This document shows, one piece after another, positions 40,447 through 49,296 of a stretch of 64,000 nucleotides of DNA (position 1 is its first letter; every line of letters begins with the position of its first letter). Location of the stretch: the IMG/VR virus record IMGVR_UViG_3300030846_000100, positions 10,352 to 74,351 of that record; one strand, 5' to 3'. Made by a program: the position numbers and the translations under genes. Source of the stretch: a virus. Its lineage: Duplodnaviria > Caudoviricetes. The notes beneath the pieces were generated by a model, which was not told the origin of the DNA, searched no databases, and worked only from the letters and a program-made list of their open reading frames with translations.

Positions 40447-41188
40447 GTGAATCCAAATCTGCCTTCATTGCGTAGTAAAAGTCATCACCTTTGCCTTTAC
40501 CCGTGTTTAGACGATCAATCGCAGCTTGACCCTTTTCGCCAACGTACACCTTACGCGTCTCTTCGTTGTACCCGTAATCGAGCAACACGATTCTCTGATC
40601 AGTCGTGACTCCCCAATGTTCAAGAGGTACTAAATCTTGATCCAACAAGCCGATCTCACGAAAATGAATGATGGCATTCACGAACGATTGAAACTTTTCA
40701 ACATTCTCGGGAAGGGCGTAAAATTCTATCTTTGCCCATGATCTTTTGCCAACATTATCAACGTATTGAATGACATTGTTCATGTTCATTCGAGATACGA
40801 GGCCCGTCAATCGACAAAATTCTTCCTTGTTCTTCACCGGACGAACGAGCTCGCTGATCAACCAGATGTTTCGTGGTTCGGATTCATAGACACGAGCAAC
40901 GTACTGCTTGAACTCTTGTGACATCGAATCGTACAACGTGCGTTCCGCCTTGTTCTGAGCACGACCAATGTCATCACGTTTGAACGAACCACCCACAACC
41001 TTGAGAACCTTTCGAGACGACAAAAGGTACACAGTGCGTGATGAACCTTTACCCATTTCTTGGAGGCCCGTCATTCGGCAGTAAGATTGAACTTCTGCAG
41101 CGTCTTCGCAATCACGAAGTGTTTTGATTCGAAAGAGTTCGTTTCGAAGACGCTCGTTCAACGATAGACGAACGAATTCACGGATCAT
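40439..41188 (-). CDS. Minimal protein-kinase-like protein (tagged)
   Basis: MIREFVRLSLNE; MGKGSSRTVY, VLKVV, QNKAE, DL...HWG and VLLDYG. Confidence 0.78.
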   Translation of the reverse strand: MIREFVRLSLNERLRNELFRIKTLRDCEDAAEVQSYCRMTGLQEMGKGSSRTVYLLSSRKVLKVVGGSFKRDDIGRAQNKAERTLYDSMSQEFKQYVARVYESEPRNIWLISELVRPVKNKEEFCRLTGLVSRMNMNNVIQYVDNVGKRSWAKIEFYALPENVEKFQSFVNAIIHFREIGLLDQDLVPLEHWGVTTDQRIVLLDYGYNEETRKVYVGEKGQAAIDRLNTGKGKGDDFYYAMKADLDSRE

Positions 41189-41442
41189 AAAGGAAACTTC
41201 ACACCGAATGTTCTTTCGAACCTCTCAGCGTCCATGTTCTTGACGTTCAGGTGGGTCATCACGCTGTTCACCGTTGCGCCAGGTTTTGCTAGCTCCTCCT
41301 GAAATTTTCTGCTCGACATCATCGCATTCGCAACGGCCTCTATCTCGTCCTTCGTGCCCCTGAGCTTGACGTTCGTGGCTTTTCCAACCGCCCATGCTGC
41401 AAGCGATCCTAAAAAGAGTTTTCCGAGGAGATTAAGATGCAC
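41185..41442 (-). CDS. Small conserved-looking virion-operon protein
   Basis: TAATTA upstream; reads as a natural protein; heads the kinase-tape measure run. Confidence 0.6.
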   Translation of the reverse strand: MHLNLLGKLFLGSLAAWAVGKATNVKLRGTKDEIEAVANAMMSSRKFQEELAKPGATVNSVMTHLNVKNMDAERFERTFGVKFPL

Positions 41443-41445
41443 AGC

Positions 41446-41745
41446 TTAATTATCTTCCTTTCGTAACAAGAGAAAACCCATGCTCTTTATCAAGACGTTC
41501 GTGTACTTCATTGTCCAGGAGAATTTGGACATGTTTTTAAGATTGATTAGCGTGATACCACTTTCACTTTTTTCGATCACGAGTAAATCATTCCCCCGAT
41601 TAAGATCAAATACAAGCAAATCACCTGGCAAAAGATCTTCAATTCGTGTCGACGAAATCGATAAATTCCTATAACGAACCTGTTCGGGCGTAGGGTAGGG
41701 GTACATCACGATCACGTACATATCGGAATCAATTTCCAGCCACAT
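41446..41745 (-). CDS. Small PGD-motif family protein
   Basis: IEDLLPGDLLVF. Confidence 0.55.
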   Translation of the reverse strand: MWLEIDSDMYVIVMYPYPTPEQVRYRNLSISSTRIEDLLPGDLLVFDLNRGNDLLVIEKSESGITLINLKNMSKFSWTMKYTNVLIKSMGFLLLRKEDN

Positions 41746-41951
41746 CGATCTATGTCAAGAAATTCGTTCGCTGCAAGTTGCCAAGTAAGGTAGGTGATTT
41801 CACGAGTGATCAACGTGATCTTCGTTTCGTCAACACTGATGACGAGCAGAGTTTCATTTTCGTGCTCGGGATGATCGGAATCTTGATCGATCAAAAAATC
41901 GCCCGGAACCAATTCACCGATGAGCGTTTTTAAATTTCCGGATGTTGACAT
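41712..41951 (-). CDS. Small PGD-motif family protein
   Basis: ELVPGDFLID...LLVISVDETKITLI; start MSTSG. Confidence 0.6.
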   Translation of the reverse strand: MSTSGNLKTLIGELVPGDFLIDQDSDHPEHENETLLVISVDETKITLITREITYLTWQLAANEFLDIDRCGWKLIPICT

Positions 41952-42619
41952 TTGCACGTCCAGGACTTGCATGCGAGTTCAAGAGAAGATGCAGTGATCT
42001 TTGGAATTGACATGGAATCAGAATCAATCCCATCAGTCGAATGTTCATTGGTTCTTCCAAGAACGTGACCAATTTCATGCATCATTACCACTCGTACCGT
42101 AGATTGAATCAGTTCACTTTTGATTCGAATGATTGCGTTATCCCAAGTCCCCGTCGTCTGTCCCAATCGAGTACCCGTCATGTTCGTACGATCGCCGTAT
42201 TGAACAACGTGTTCGCCTTCACCCACAACGAGATTCGTACAAGTTGCAACGCTCCAACGTTGAAGAACGATCGGTAATTGAGCCGTGAGGTACCCGTAAG
42301 GATCGGGACCTACAATTGAAAACGACATCGTAGGAACGATCTTAACTGATCCCGCATCGTGCCCAGCATCAATCGGTGGGACGATTTCAACAACACTTGC
42401 GTCATCAATAAAAAAGTGAAGTGCTGCGTCATCGATTCCAGCATCCAGACACGTACCTGCATCATCAACGGGTATTTTCGAGTCAACTAGAACAATCCCA
42501 ACGGAAGAATCAACGATGATCGTACCACCGTCAATAATGGGTGGTTCGTTGATCAACTGAGTTACATCTTGACCGTTGCATGCAATTAACGAGATGCATG
42601 CAAACAAAGACAACTTCAT
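41930..42619 (-). CDS. Lipoprotein zinc metallopeptidase (HExxH)
   Basis: Lipobox LIAC, DAG/DGG low-complexity linker, MHEIGHVLG..EH. Confidence 0.75.
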   Translation of the reverse strand: MKLSLFACISLIACNGQDVTQLINEPPIIDGGTIIVDSSVGIVLVDSKIPVDDAGTCLDAGIDDAALHFFIDDASVVEIVPPIDAGHDAGSVKIVPTMSFSIVGPDPYGYLTAQLPIVLQRWSVATCTNLVVGEGEHVVQYGDRTNMTGTRLGQTTGTWDNAIIRIKSELIQSTVRVVMMHEIGHVLGRTNEHSTDGIDSDSMSIPKITASSLELACKSWTCKCQHPEI

Positions 42620-42654
42620 AATCTATCATACTATGAAAGTGAAAAAAGAACAAT

Positions 42655-43518
42655 TTATGTGATTCGAGAAATTAACGCATCAATGTTCAAGTATTCATCG
42701 CAAATGACACGAATTAGCCTCATATTTCGTGCTTTGAACCATTCATTTTGTCGTTGGTCGATCAACATTTTTCCATGAATGGACTTGTCTTGTTTTGATT
42801 TGAACTCAGCAACTTCGTTCAAATCTCGCAACGTTCCATCACTTTTATAACCATGCCAGTAACTGTCGTATTGAACGTATGTGTCAATTGATTTGACATG
42901 AAAGTCTATGAACCAGTGATCGTTGATCTGGACTTGACGTTCAACATCGTTTTCACCAAAATGATCGATCAAGATTGAGTGAATGATTTCTTCGGGTTTT
43001 GATGTTTTGAACGAATTGTTTAATTTCATTGTCTCAAATTTTTTCGTGTTTCTTTTTACCCAATCAACTTTTTTGAATGAATCGCGACATCTTTGTTCAA
43101 TTTCTGGATCATTGTATCGTTTTTTGCATTGTTTCGTTCCTAAAAACGAAATTTTTCCGTAACGTTTTAAACAAGTTTTTTGACGATTTTCAATTGAAAT
43201 TCGTGATTGACCTGTAGTTTCTACTCCGTATTTTTGTAAACATGTTATACGAGATTTTTTTAAACACTCACTTGAACTTAATGGCGAAGTCGTTCCGTAC
43301 TTTGCTAAACAAGTTGCTTCTTTCTTTGAGCGTAAAATTCCACCTTTAGCCGAAAGTCTAAAACACTCTCTTTTACAGAAATGTAATTTTCCTTGGCGTT
43401 TTAAACCGCTTTCGAATTTAGTTGAACATTCATCACAACTAAAAACGTTAATAGATTTGTACCATTGACGACCTAATCTATCAATTTTTGAAGGAATTTT
43501 TTTCGTTTCAACGAACAT
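42655..43518 (-). mobile_element. Putative homing endonuclease: zinc finger, KYG repeats and Vsr/DUF559-like domain
   Basis: CDEC...HFC..EC, repeated TCL.KYG, SKPEE and IDFHV..IDTYVQYDSYWHG; AT-rich. Confidence 0.78.
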
Positions 43519-43791
43519 TACGTAAATCTTCGTAACCTTGAAGGTTGTTGATTTCTTTGCATTCCCATTAACTCACGAGTTTGAGGATCATTTGTATGAA
43601 CAGCACGATTCGGAGGGGGATCGTTTGAATCTTTGCCTTTAATTTCTCGTATGATTCTATCAACAAACCAACGACGAAATGGAACGGGAAGATTATACGC
43701 TTCGGCGTAAGTAAATCCCCCGTAATATAGCAATACGAAAATTGGTTCTAAAAAGAGTAAAGCCTTATCTTCAGGTCTCAGGCCAAAAAAA
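43518..43791 (-). CDS. Downstream tail/baseplate chaperone segment (gp51/GT-like), probably reached by frameshift
   Basis: Frame is open from the T7 run (FGLRPEDK...LLYYGGFTY.EAYNLP...RRWF) with no ATG/GTG start. Confidence 0.65.
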
Positions 43792-44619
43792 CGTTGACCC
43801 GAGAGGGATGATCACTTCCTCGACGTGCCCACATGCTTCGCACTTCGTATCCTGCTTCATGTCAATGCCAGGTTCATTGTCCTTCATGTACTTACGAAGC
43901 GCCCGGCTGTCAAGAGCGGGCATCATGCTGACGAACTTGATGATACGAGATCGATCGTCATCACCATCGATCGATACGATCGCTTGAGCGAGGTTCGACG
44001 TGACGAGCGTATCGAGCTGTGACTTGAAGTTCTTCTTCATTCGTTCAGCCGTGACGGTGATCTCGTTCTTTGTCCTTCCGGTGAGGAACCTGAATCGAAC
44101 CAGACGTTTTGAAACGGGGAGCTTCATCTCGAACAGATTCTCTCCCGTCACGACCGGTTCAAGCGTCAGGCCCTTGATTCCCAGATTGGCGAGGTTGAAT
44201 TGACGATCGGTCTGTTCACCGCATTCTTCACACTTGATTTGCGTGTCGTAATCAGTTCCGTAACCAACGGCACGAACCGCGATCATCAGTGCGTTCATGT
44301 CGCCCATCAGCAATGAATCAACATCGACTGATTTGTTACACAGACATGACTTGATCAATTCGGAGATCACGGTGCCGTTCTTTAGCAACGCAGATGACGT
44401 GAGGATGTCCTCCTCACGTGCGGTCATCGCAGTGATATCGACGGTCTCAACGAGGTGGAAAGGATGATCGGGCGGATACACCTTTCCTTTTGACGGAAGT
44501 GAGACCGCGGATACAGGGACAACGTCTACCTGCAACTGAACCTTCGGCAAGGTTGTTGTTTGCTGCGGTGTCTCCGAAAATACCTTGTTTGAGGACGATC
44601 TATCATCTGGCATGCTCAT
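43771..44619 (-). CDS. Baseplate hub assembly chaperone (T4 gp26-like)
   Basis: LPSKGKVY, MTAREEDIL, GD.NAL...R..GYG, CxxC...CxxC, ending FFWP. Confidence 0.8.
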   Translation of the reverse strand: MSMPDDRSSSNKVFSETPQQTTTLPKVQLQVDVVPVSAVSLPSKGKVYPPDHPFHLVETVDITAMTAREEDILTSSALLKNGTVISELIKSCLCNKSVDVDSLLMGDMNALMIAVRAVGYGTDYDTQIKCEECGEQTDRQFNLANLGIKGLTLEPVVTGENLFEMKLPVSKRLVRFRFLTGRTKNEITVTAERMKKNFKSQLDTLVTSNLAQAIVSIDGDDDRSRIIKFVSMMPALDSRALRKYMKDNEPGIDMKQDTKCEACGHVEEVIIPLGSTFFWPET

Positions 44620-44643
44620 ATTGTATGAACAATGCCACGAATG

Positions 44644-44850
44644 TTAACCGTTTACACTACATGTTGATGATGACTCTGCCACATTCTGGCAGAGGTGCGA
44701 TGTTGTCCTACCGAACGTTACATCGAAGTTGGAATTCACCTGGCGAAAGTTATGATCGCACTTGTGCTCCTTTACAGTACGAACGAGCTTGACAACACAA
44801 ATCGTTACGACAACAACCAACACCGTTACAGCTAGAATGGTGAAAGCCAT
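44644..44850 (-). CDS. Small membrane protein with a CxH..C motif
   Basis: N-terminal hydrophobic helix. Confidence 0.5.
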   Translation of the reverse strand: MAFTILAVTVLVVVVTICVVKLVRTVKEHKCDHNFRQVNSNFDVTFGRTTSHLCQNVAESSSTCSVNG

Positions 44851-44859
44851 GTACGATGA

Positions 44860-45135
44860 TCATGTAATCAGTGGATGAACACACGATCTTGTCCTCACCA
44901 CCGTCCAATCAGATTTTTGTGAAAGTTGCGACCTGGTCATGTCGTAATCAACTTGAAACATTTTTCCAGGTTTCAGTTTCAGGTGAGCCGTACATACCAT
45001 GAACACGACGCTCGTAATGTCCTGATTTCTGATACGTGACACGATCACGTAATACACGAGCTTGTTGTCATTCTTGAATAACATGTCACCCGGTAACAAC
45101 GTTGTCCATTGTCCGTCCCAATCGTTGGTGATCAT
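44860..45135 (-). CDS. Small PGD-motif family protein
   Basis: WTTLLPGDMLF. Confidence 0.55.
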   Translation of the reverse strand: MITNDWDGQWTTLLPGDMLFKNDNKLVYYVIVSRIRNQDITSVVFMVCTAHLKLKPGKMFQVDYDMTRSQLSQKSDWTVVRTRSCVHPLIT

Positions 45136-45182
45136 AGATAAAAAAGTAAGAAGTCCGACCCACCGAACAATAATTTCTCAAA

Positions 45183-45662
45183 TTAAGATGTGCTCCACAC
45201 CACGTACACATCGATGTCGGGAGGAAGAAGATCACGAACCTGCTGCGGAAGTTTGTTAATGCGTTCCTCTGCAATCGCTTTCTGCGATTCATTCGGTGTG
45301 AACATCAAGCTCGACAATTTCACGTTCTCGCCGCATTCATCAAATGAACCAAGTTCAAAACCGATCCAACCCGCCTGAACGTATCCACGACCCGTGTATG
45401 CCGTGTCAAAGAAATCACCTGATTCGAACAGGAACTCGAGAAGATCGTTGCCATCGACAATATTATTGTCTGAAATCCATTCCTTGTCGATCGATGCGAT
45501 GTCGATGTTCTTGACGCTCGTTTCAAAATATTCAGAATTCGGTAATCCGTAGATTACCTTGGCAATCGCGTATGTCATGATGAACGATAACACATGTACG
45601 ATGTCAAAACACCAATAATTACGTTCGTTCGTGCACGGCGAGTGCAATGCTCTCGCAGACAC
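45183..45662 (-). CDS. Acidic hypothetical protein (start likely MTYAIAK)
   Basis: Natural composition in the operon frame. Confidence 0.55.
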   Translation of the reverse strand: MSARALHSPCTNERNYWCFDIVHVLSFIMTYAIAKVIYGLPNSEYFETSVKNIDIASIDKEWISDNNIVDGNDLLEFLFESGDFFDTAYTGRGYVQAGWIGFELGSFDECGENVKLSSLMFTPNESQKAIAEERINKLPQQVRDLLPPDIDVYVVWSTS

Positions 45663-46047
45663 GACGTTGAATCTTAACGACGATGCTGGTATCCATCAAT
45701 CCAAGCTTTCGTAATTCATCGATCGTCAATCTCGAAATGGCACCGACCGATACAAGGTGATCAACCAGCACCTCGGTTCGTTCTATCGACAGGGCGGCAA
45801 CGGCGGACAGGTCACCGAGGAACATCGTGTCACGTCGATCCAGCGCGTTGATCATGTGCTTCATCGCCATTCTGCTCGAGGGATCGTCGCACTTTGATGT
45901 GCAAGATGACCCTGACGGTGCTGAATTTCTCGTCTTAAAGTGATCAAAATCGTCCAGGAGGTCAAACAGCGGCATCGTGATCTGTAAATATCGATCACCT
46001 CGGTGCATTGCAAAACTTTTGAGCTCGTTCGTGGTGATGAACCTCAT
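45619..46047 (-). CDS. Hypothetical protein
   Basis: ATGA-coupled to the upstream ORF. Confidence 0.5.
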   Translation of the reverse strand: MRFITTNELKSFAMHRGDRYLQITMPLFDLLDDFDHFKTRNSAPSGSSCTSKCDDPSSRMAMKHMINALDRRDTMFLGDLSAVAALSIERTEVLVDHLVSVGAISRLTIDELRKLGLMDTSIVVKIQRRVCESIALAVHERT

Positions 46048-46388
46048 TTCATGACCTTGACCGTGGCAGTGTCGTAATCGACGTACGAGACGATCTGTCG
46101 GTGGCGCCTTCTAAGGAATGTCGCCTCTGTCAAATGCGGTTCAATCCTTGACACGGAGATCACGAGGTACGGGCCGTCACCGTGGATCATCGTCATTCCA
46201 GGCAGCTGGATCATCGTCATTCCAGGCAGCAGGCACCGCCAAGCAATCCTGGTTGTAAACCTATCGAAGTTCATAAAAACACACAGCATCGTATGCCTCG
46301 TCCTGTGCCTGTCGTTGAAGCGCTCGCTGCAACCCGTCATTTTCGTCTCATCCCGGATACTACGTGGCTGCAATGCGTTTTGTCGCAC
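46044..46388 (-). CDS. Small PG-motif family protein with an internal 8-aa duplication
   Basis: LLPGMTMIQLPGMTMIH; start uncertain. Confidence 0.45.
   Translation of the reverse strand: MRQNALQPRSIRDETKMTGCSERFNDRHRTRHTMLCVFMNFDRFTTRIAWRCLLPGMTMIQLPGMTMIHGDGPYLVISVSRIEPHLTEATFLRRRHRQIVSYVDYDTATVKVMK
46184..46230. repeat. 24-bp in-frame tandem duplication
   Basis: GGATCATCGTCATTCCAGGCAGC at 46184 and 46208. Confidence 0.9.
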
Positions 46389-46389
46389 T

Positions 46390-47178
46390 TCGTGATGCGA
46401 TGTTACGCATCACTGTGCGGGGGTTGCAAAGCACATCCGTGCTTTGCACGGGTGGATCCCACTGTGTGACCCATTCACTCTCGCGGCACGGACGCACATA
46501 GCACACTCACCAGGGCGCTCGCATCGAATGCACTCTTGTCCCTCGTAGCAACAAAAAGAATCGTGTGTCACCGTAAGTCAAGAGCTTTCGAAATTGGGTT
46601 CGGTCCAGGACTCAGTCTTTCCTCTGTTCCTCACGAATTGCTGCGGCTTTCTCCAACATGAGTTGACTTTGTTGCGTTTTTAATTAACAGTGCTCCGGCG
46701 CTCACGCTTCGTTTTCTCTCACTTCCGTTTAAAATTCACCGTCGAGGGGGGCTGCGAAGAATGCCAGCGTCATTCCGCTCATGATCAGATCGTTCGTCGC
46801 CAGCATGAGTTGCTCGCTGCGACTCGCAACCAAGCGAGTCAGTTCATTCTATCACGTTGAGAGGGCTTGAACACTCGAAAAGACCGGTCGGAACGACTTG
46901 CGAGACTACAGTGACTCAGGCGCTCAGAGACTTTCGCTCGCCGCAATAGTCTCCAGACTTCAGCGGGCACCTTGCGGTGTGTGGAGACTTCGACAGAACG
47001 TCTCCGTCTCTCAGTCGTAGAACGATCTACGGGCCTTCTTTTCGAGCTCATCGACCTTCGATACCAGTGAGTTGACGAGCTCTTGCAATGCTGTGACCTG
47101 ATCCTGCAGAGATGCAGGAGGATCGACGTATTCACCACCGGGAGGGTGAGGATTCTTTTTTGTCTACGCTTGATTCAT
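46390..47178 (-). ncRNA. Candidate structured non-coding RNA or decayed coding region
   Basis: No credible long ORF, at least 5 hairpins, and a promoter motif at its minus-strand 5' end. Confidence 0.3.
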
Positions 47179-47212
47179 GATTGATCCTAACATATTCATG
47201 GCGAAAGAACAC
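47179..47212 (-). promoter_or_regulatory. Early-type promoter TGTT-N15-TGnTAnnnT
   Basis: GTGTTCTTTCGCCATGAATATGTTAGGATCAATC followed by ATG. Confidence 0.65.
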
Positions 47213-47670
47213 TCATTCATGAGTCGAGTCGACGCTTCATTTCTGAGTGACTGGAACGCCAGCAAAATCTTCTGCGACGTTTTCGGACGGCGGAACACAT
47301 TTTCCTAACGAATCGTCTGCATTCGTTCCTCATTCCGCCTGAGAAGATGCGTGTGCATGCGAGTCGACGTCGATGCGCCCGTACTCTTTTTCCGCTTTCC
47401 AGCAGTGTTTCAAGTCCGAACTGCGCATGCTCGCGTGCCAATGTCGCGAGCCTCGGCCGACGTTTACGGTTGCGGTCGGTCGCGTGGGGCAACCCGCCCC
47501 CTTGTTCATTGTTTCACACTGAAACACGATTGGGTTCAACAGACAGTAAGGCGTGCGTCGACGTCGACGCATGCGGGTGTGACAACGTGTACGCCAGGCG
47601 ACACGCTATTGCGACGCGGTTGCACGGCCGCGGTTACACTTCCGATGTAAGCTTCGCAATCCGAGATTGT

Positions 47671-47874
47671 TCAGCAATCGAGGCTACGATCAACGATCGT
47701 GTCGTTCGGAAGGTCGACGAGCATAGCGAATGCCTTGAGGATTCGTTCCTTCGAAGGCTTGAACGTCTCGCCCCAAGCCGGTCGCTCGTAACGTGCCGTG
47801 ACGCACCCATGATCATCACGGAGCTCGAACGTGTCGTAGTTGGTTGAATGATCGACGTTGAATGAGTACTTCAT
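47671..47874 (-). CDS. Small early hypothetical protein
   Basis: ATG directly after a promoter motif. Confidence 0.65.
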   Translation of the reverse strand: MKYSFNVDHSTNYDTFELRDDHGCVTARYERPAWGETFKPSKERILKAFAMLVDLPNDTIVDRSLDC

Positions 47875-47910
47875 GATCTTATCCTAACACGTTTTGTTGG
47901 TGAAAACACG
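47875..47910 (-). promoter_or_regulatory. Early-type promoter
   Basis: CGTGTTTTCACCAACAAAACGTGTTAGGATAAGATC followed by ATG. Confidence 0.65.
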
Positions 47911-48102
47911 TTAAAGAGGACGCTGTTCGGTGGTGACCAGAACGTGCAGTCCTTGGTTGACGGGCTCGTGACCTTCGAGCGTGAGTTCGTTCTCAGAAAA
48001 GTACGACTTCGCTATCTCCCACGCTGCAGTCGCATCACGTTCGATGACGACCATCGTTCCTGCTGACGAGCGTGAGGACCAGGTGAAGGTGTAGAGGAAC
48101 AT
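47911..48102 (-). CDS. Small hypothetical protein
   Basis: TAATG-coupled to the upstream ORF. Confidence 0.6.
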   Translation of the reverse strand: MFLYTFTWSSRSSAGTMVVIERDATAAWEIAKSYFSENELTLEGHEPVNQGLHVLVTTEQRPL

Positions 48103-48323
48103 TAGAGAATCCCATGTTGAGAATGTTTAGCAAGCAACTCACGCTTGGCGGCAACGCATGATTCGAACATCTCCTTCGAGATGACAACAAAATCGAGTCC
48201 GTTGTTCCCCGGATCACGACCATGAACGTCCTTGATCAATTTCTTCAATGCACGTTCGTTCTTAGCTTCGATGAAACACACGATCGTTCCCAGATTCAGC
48301 CTTAGGTTCACCTTGAAGTACAT
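48102..48323 (-). CDS. Small early hypothetical protein
   Basis: ATG directly after a promoter motif. Confidence 0.65.
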   Translation of the reverse strand: MYFKVNLRLNLGTIVCFIEAKNERALKKLIKDVHGRDPGNNGLDFVVISKEMFESCVAAKRELLAKHSQHGIL

Positions 48324-48359
48324 GATCTAAGTGTATCAGGAATCGTGGAGGAAAACACA
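48324..48359 (-). promoter_or_regulatory. Early-type promoter
   Basis: TGTGTTTTCCTCCACGATTCCTGATACACTTAGATC followed by ATG; near-identical to 51415..51450. Confidence 0.7.
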
Positions 48360-48497
48360 AACGATTTCACTTCGTTCCGTCTTGGAAATGACAATCGGGA
48401 GATCGGACCCATTCCAACCTCCCGACCACCATTGTTTACCCAGGATCTATTTTGGTAGGCGTGATAAGTCTATCGTACTCCTTATGACACCGACGTA

Positions 48498-48710
48498 TCA
48501 ATGTCTCGCCAAGCACTGCACGTGCGTGTTGGTACGCTTCGCTCGATCGAACGATACGATGCGTGAATCTATCAGCAACGTCACCCTCGTCCCTTCGATA
48601 CCGACGACCATTCGAGGTTTCACAATGGAACCATCGGGCTCCAGGCTCATGTCCTGCATCAGGATGTCCCCGGGTGAAACATCTTCCCAGTGCATGAATT
48701 GCTTTTTCAT
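48498..48710 (-). CDS. Small PGD-motif family protein
   Basis: WEDVSPGDILM...MVVGIEGTRVTLL. Confidence 0.6.
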   Translation of the reverse strand: MKKQFMHWEDVSPGDILMQDMSLEPDGSIVKPRMVVGIEGTRVTLLIDSRIVSFDRAKRTNTHVQCLARH

Positions 48711-49114
48711 TGTTCCTTCACTCCCACGATCACCGCGATCATTTCAAGTCTCTTCAGCATCTCCAGGAACATTCCCGGATGATCCATCTTTGCTAGGTCC
48801 ATCGCAAGCATCGCTCTCGGGTGCGAGTGCAATCGCGTCTCCATGAGGGCGTCGATGATGAACAGACCTTCGAGTTGGTCTGCTCTTTTTTTCCATTTCA
48901 CCTTTGCTTCCATGTTGGCGGCCGGCCAGGGTTCCTTGTTGGTGTACGTGCCGAGCCTTATCTTATCGCGTACGCTGAATCGATCAACTCGAGGCAGGTA
49001 GCGCAGTCGGGTGTGATCCCGTTCGTCAATCGACTTCTCTTCATTCCCTCCTTGAGTGTGAGAACCTCTTGAAGGTTCCAAAGGTTCACCGTGTATTCCC
49101 TTGTATTCCGTCAT
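48707..49114 (-). CDS. Hypothetical protein
   Basis: Start re-placed at MTEYKG; ATGA-coupled to the next ORF. Confidence 0.5.
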   Translation of the reverse strand: MTEYKGIHGEPLEPSRGSHTQGGNEEKSIDERDHTRLRYLPRVDRFSVRDKIRLGTYTNKEPWPAANMEAKVKWKKRADQLEGLFIIDALMETRLHSHPRAMLAMDLAKMDHPGMFLEMLKRLEMIAVIVGVKEQ

Positions 49115-49142
49115 ACCACTTCCTTTCTCCCGACGTGATGAA

Positions 49143-49170
49143 TGTGACATTATTTACCAGGTATGTGACA
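49143..49170. promoter_or_regulatory. Two TGTGACA boxes in the divergent intergenic region
   Basis: ATGTGACATT direct repeat (boxes at 49143 and 49164). Confidence 0.45.
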
Positions 49171-49296
49171 TTTTTGTGTTTCGAACTCAAATCATGTGAT
49201 AAGGTTAATTTGTACGAACATGCAAACATGTTCTTAACGCTGGATCGCATTTGAAAGTGTTCAAATGCGAAGGTTCTTAACAAAGGAAAAATCATA

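Noticed and set aside
46390-47178. tmRNA or RNase P identity for the hairpin-rich tract
   Set aside because: A minus-strand GAGGAAAGAC resembles the RNase P GAGGAAAGUCC but the partner P4 strand was not found. There is no tRNA-like T arm or CCA end for tmRNA.
47217-47847. Overlapping ORFs on both strands (47217, 47330, 47347, 47351, 47634)
   Set aside because: Arg/Cys-rich, mutually overlapping, with no start signals; not accepted as genes.
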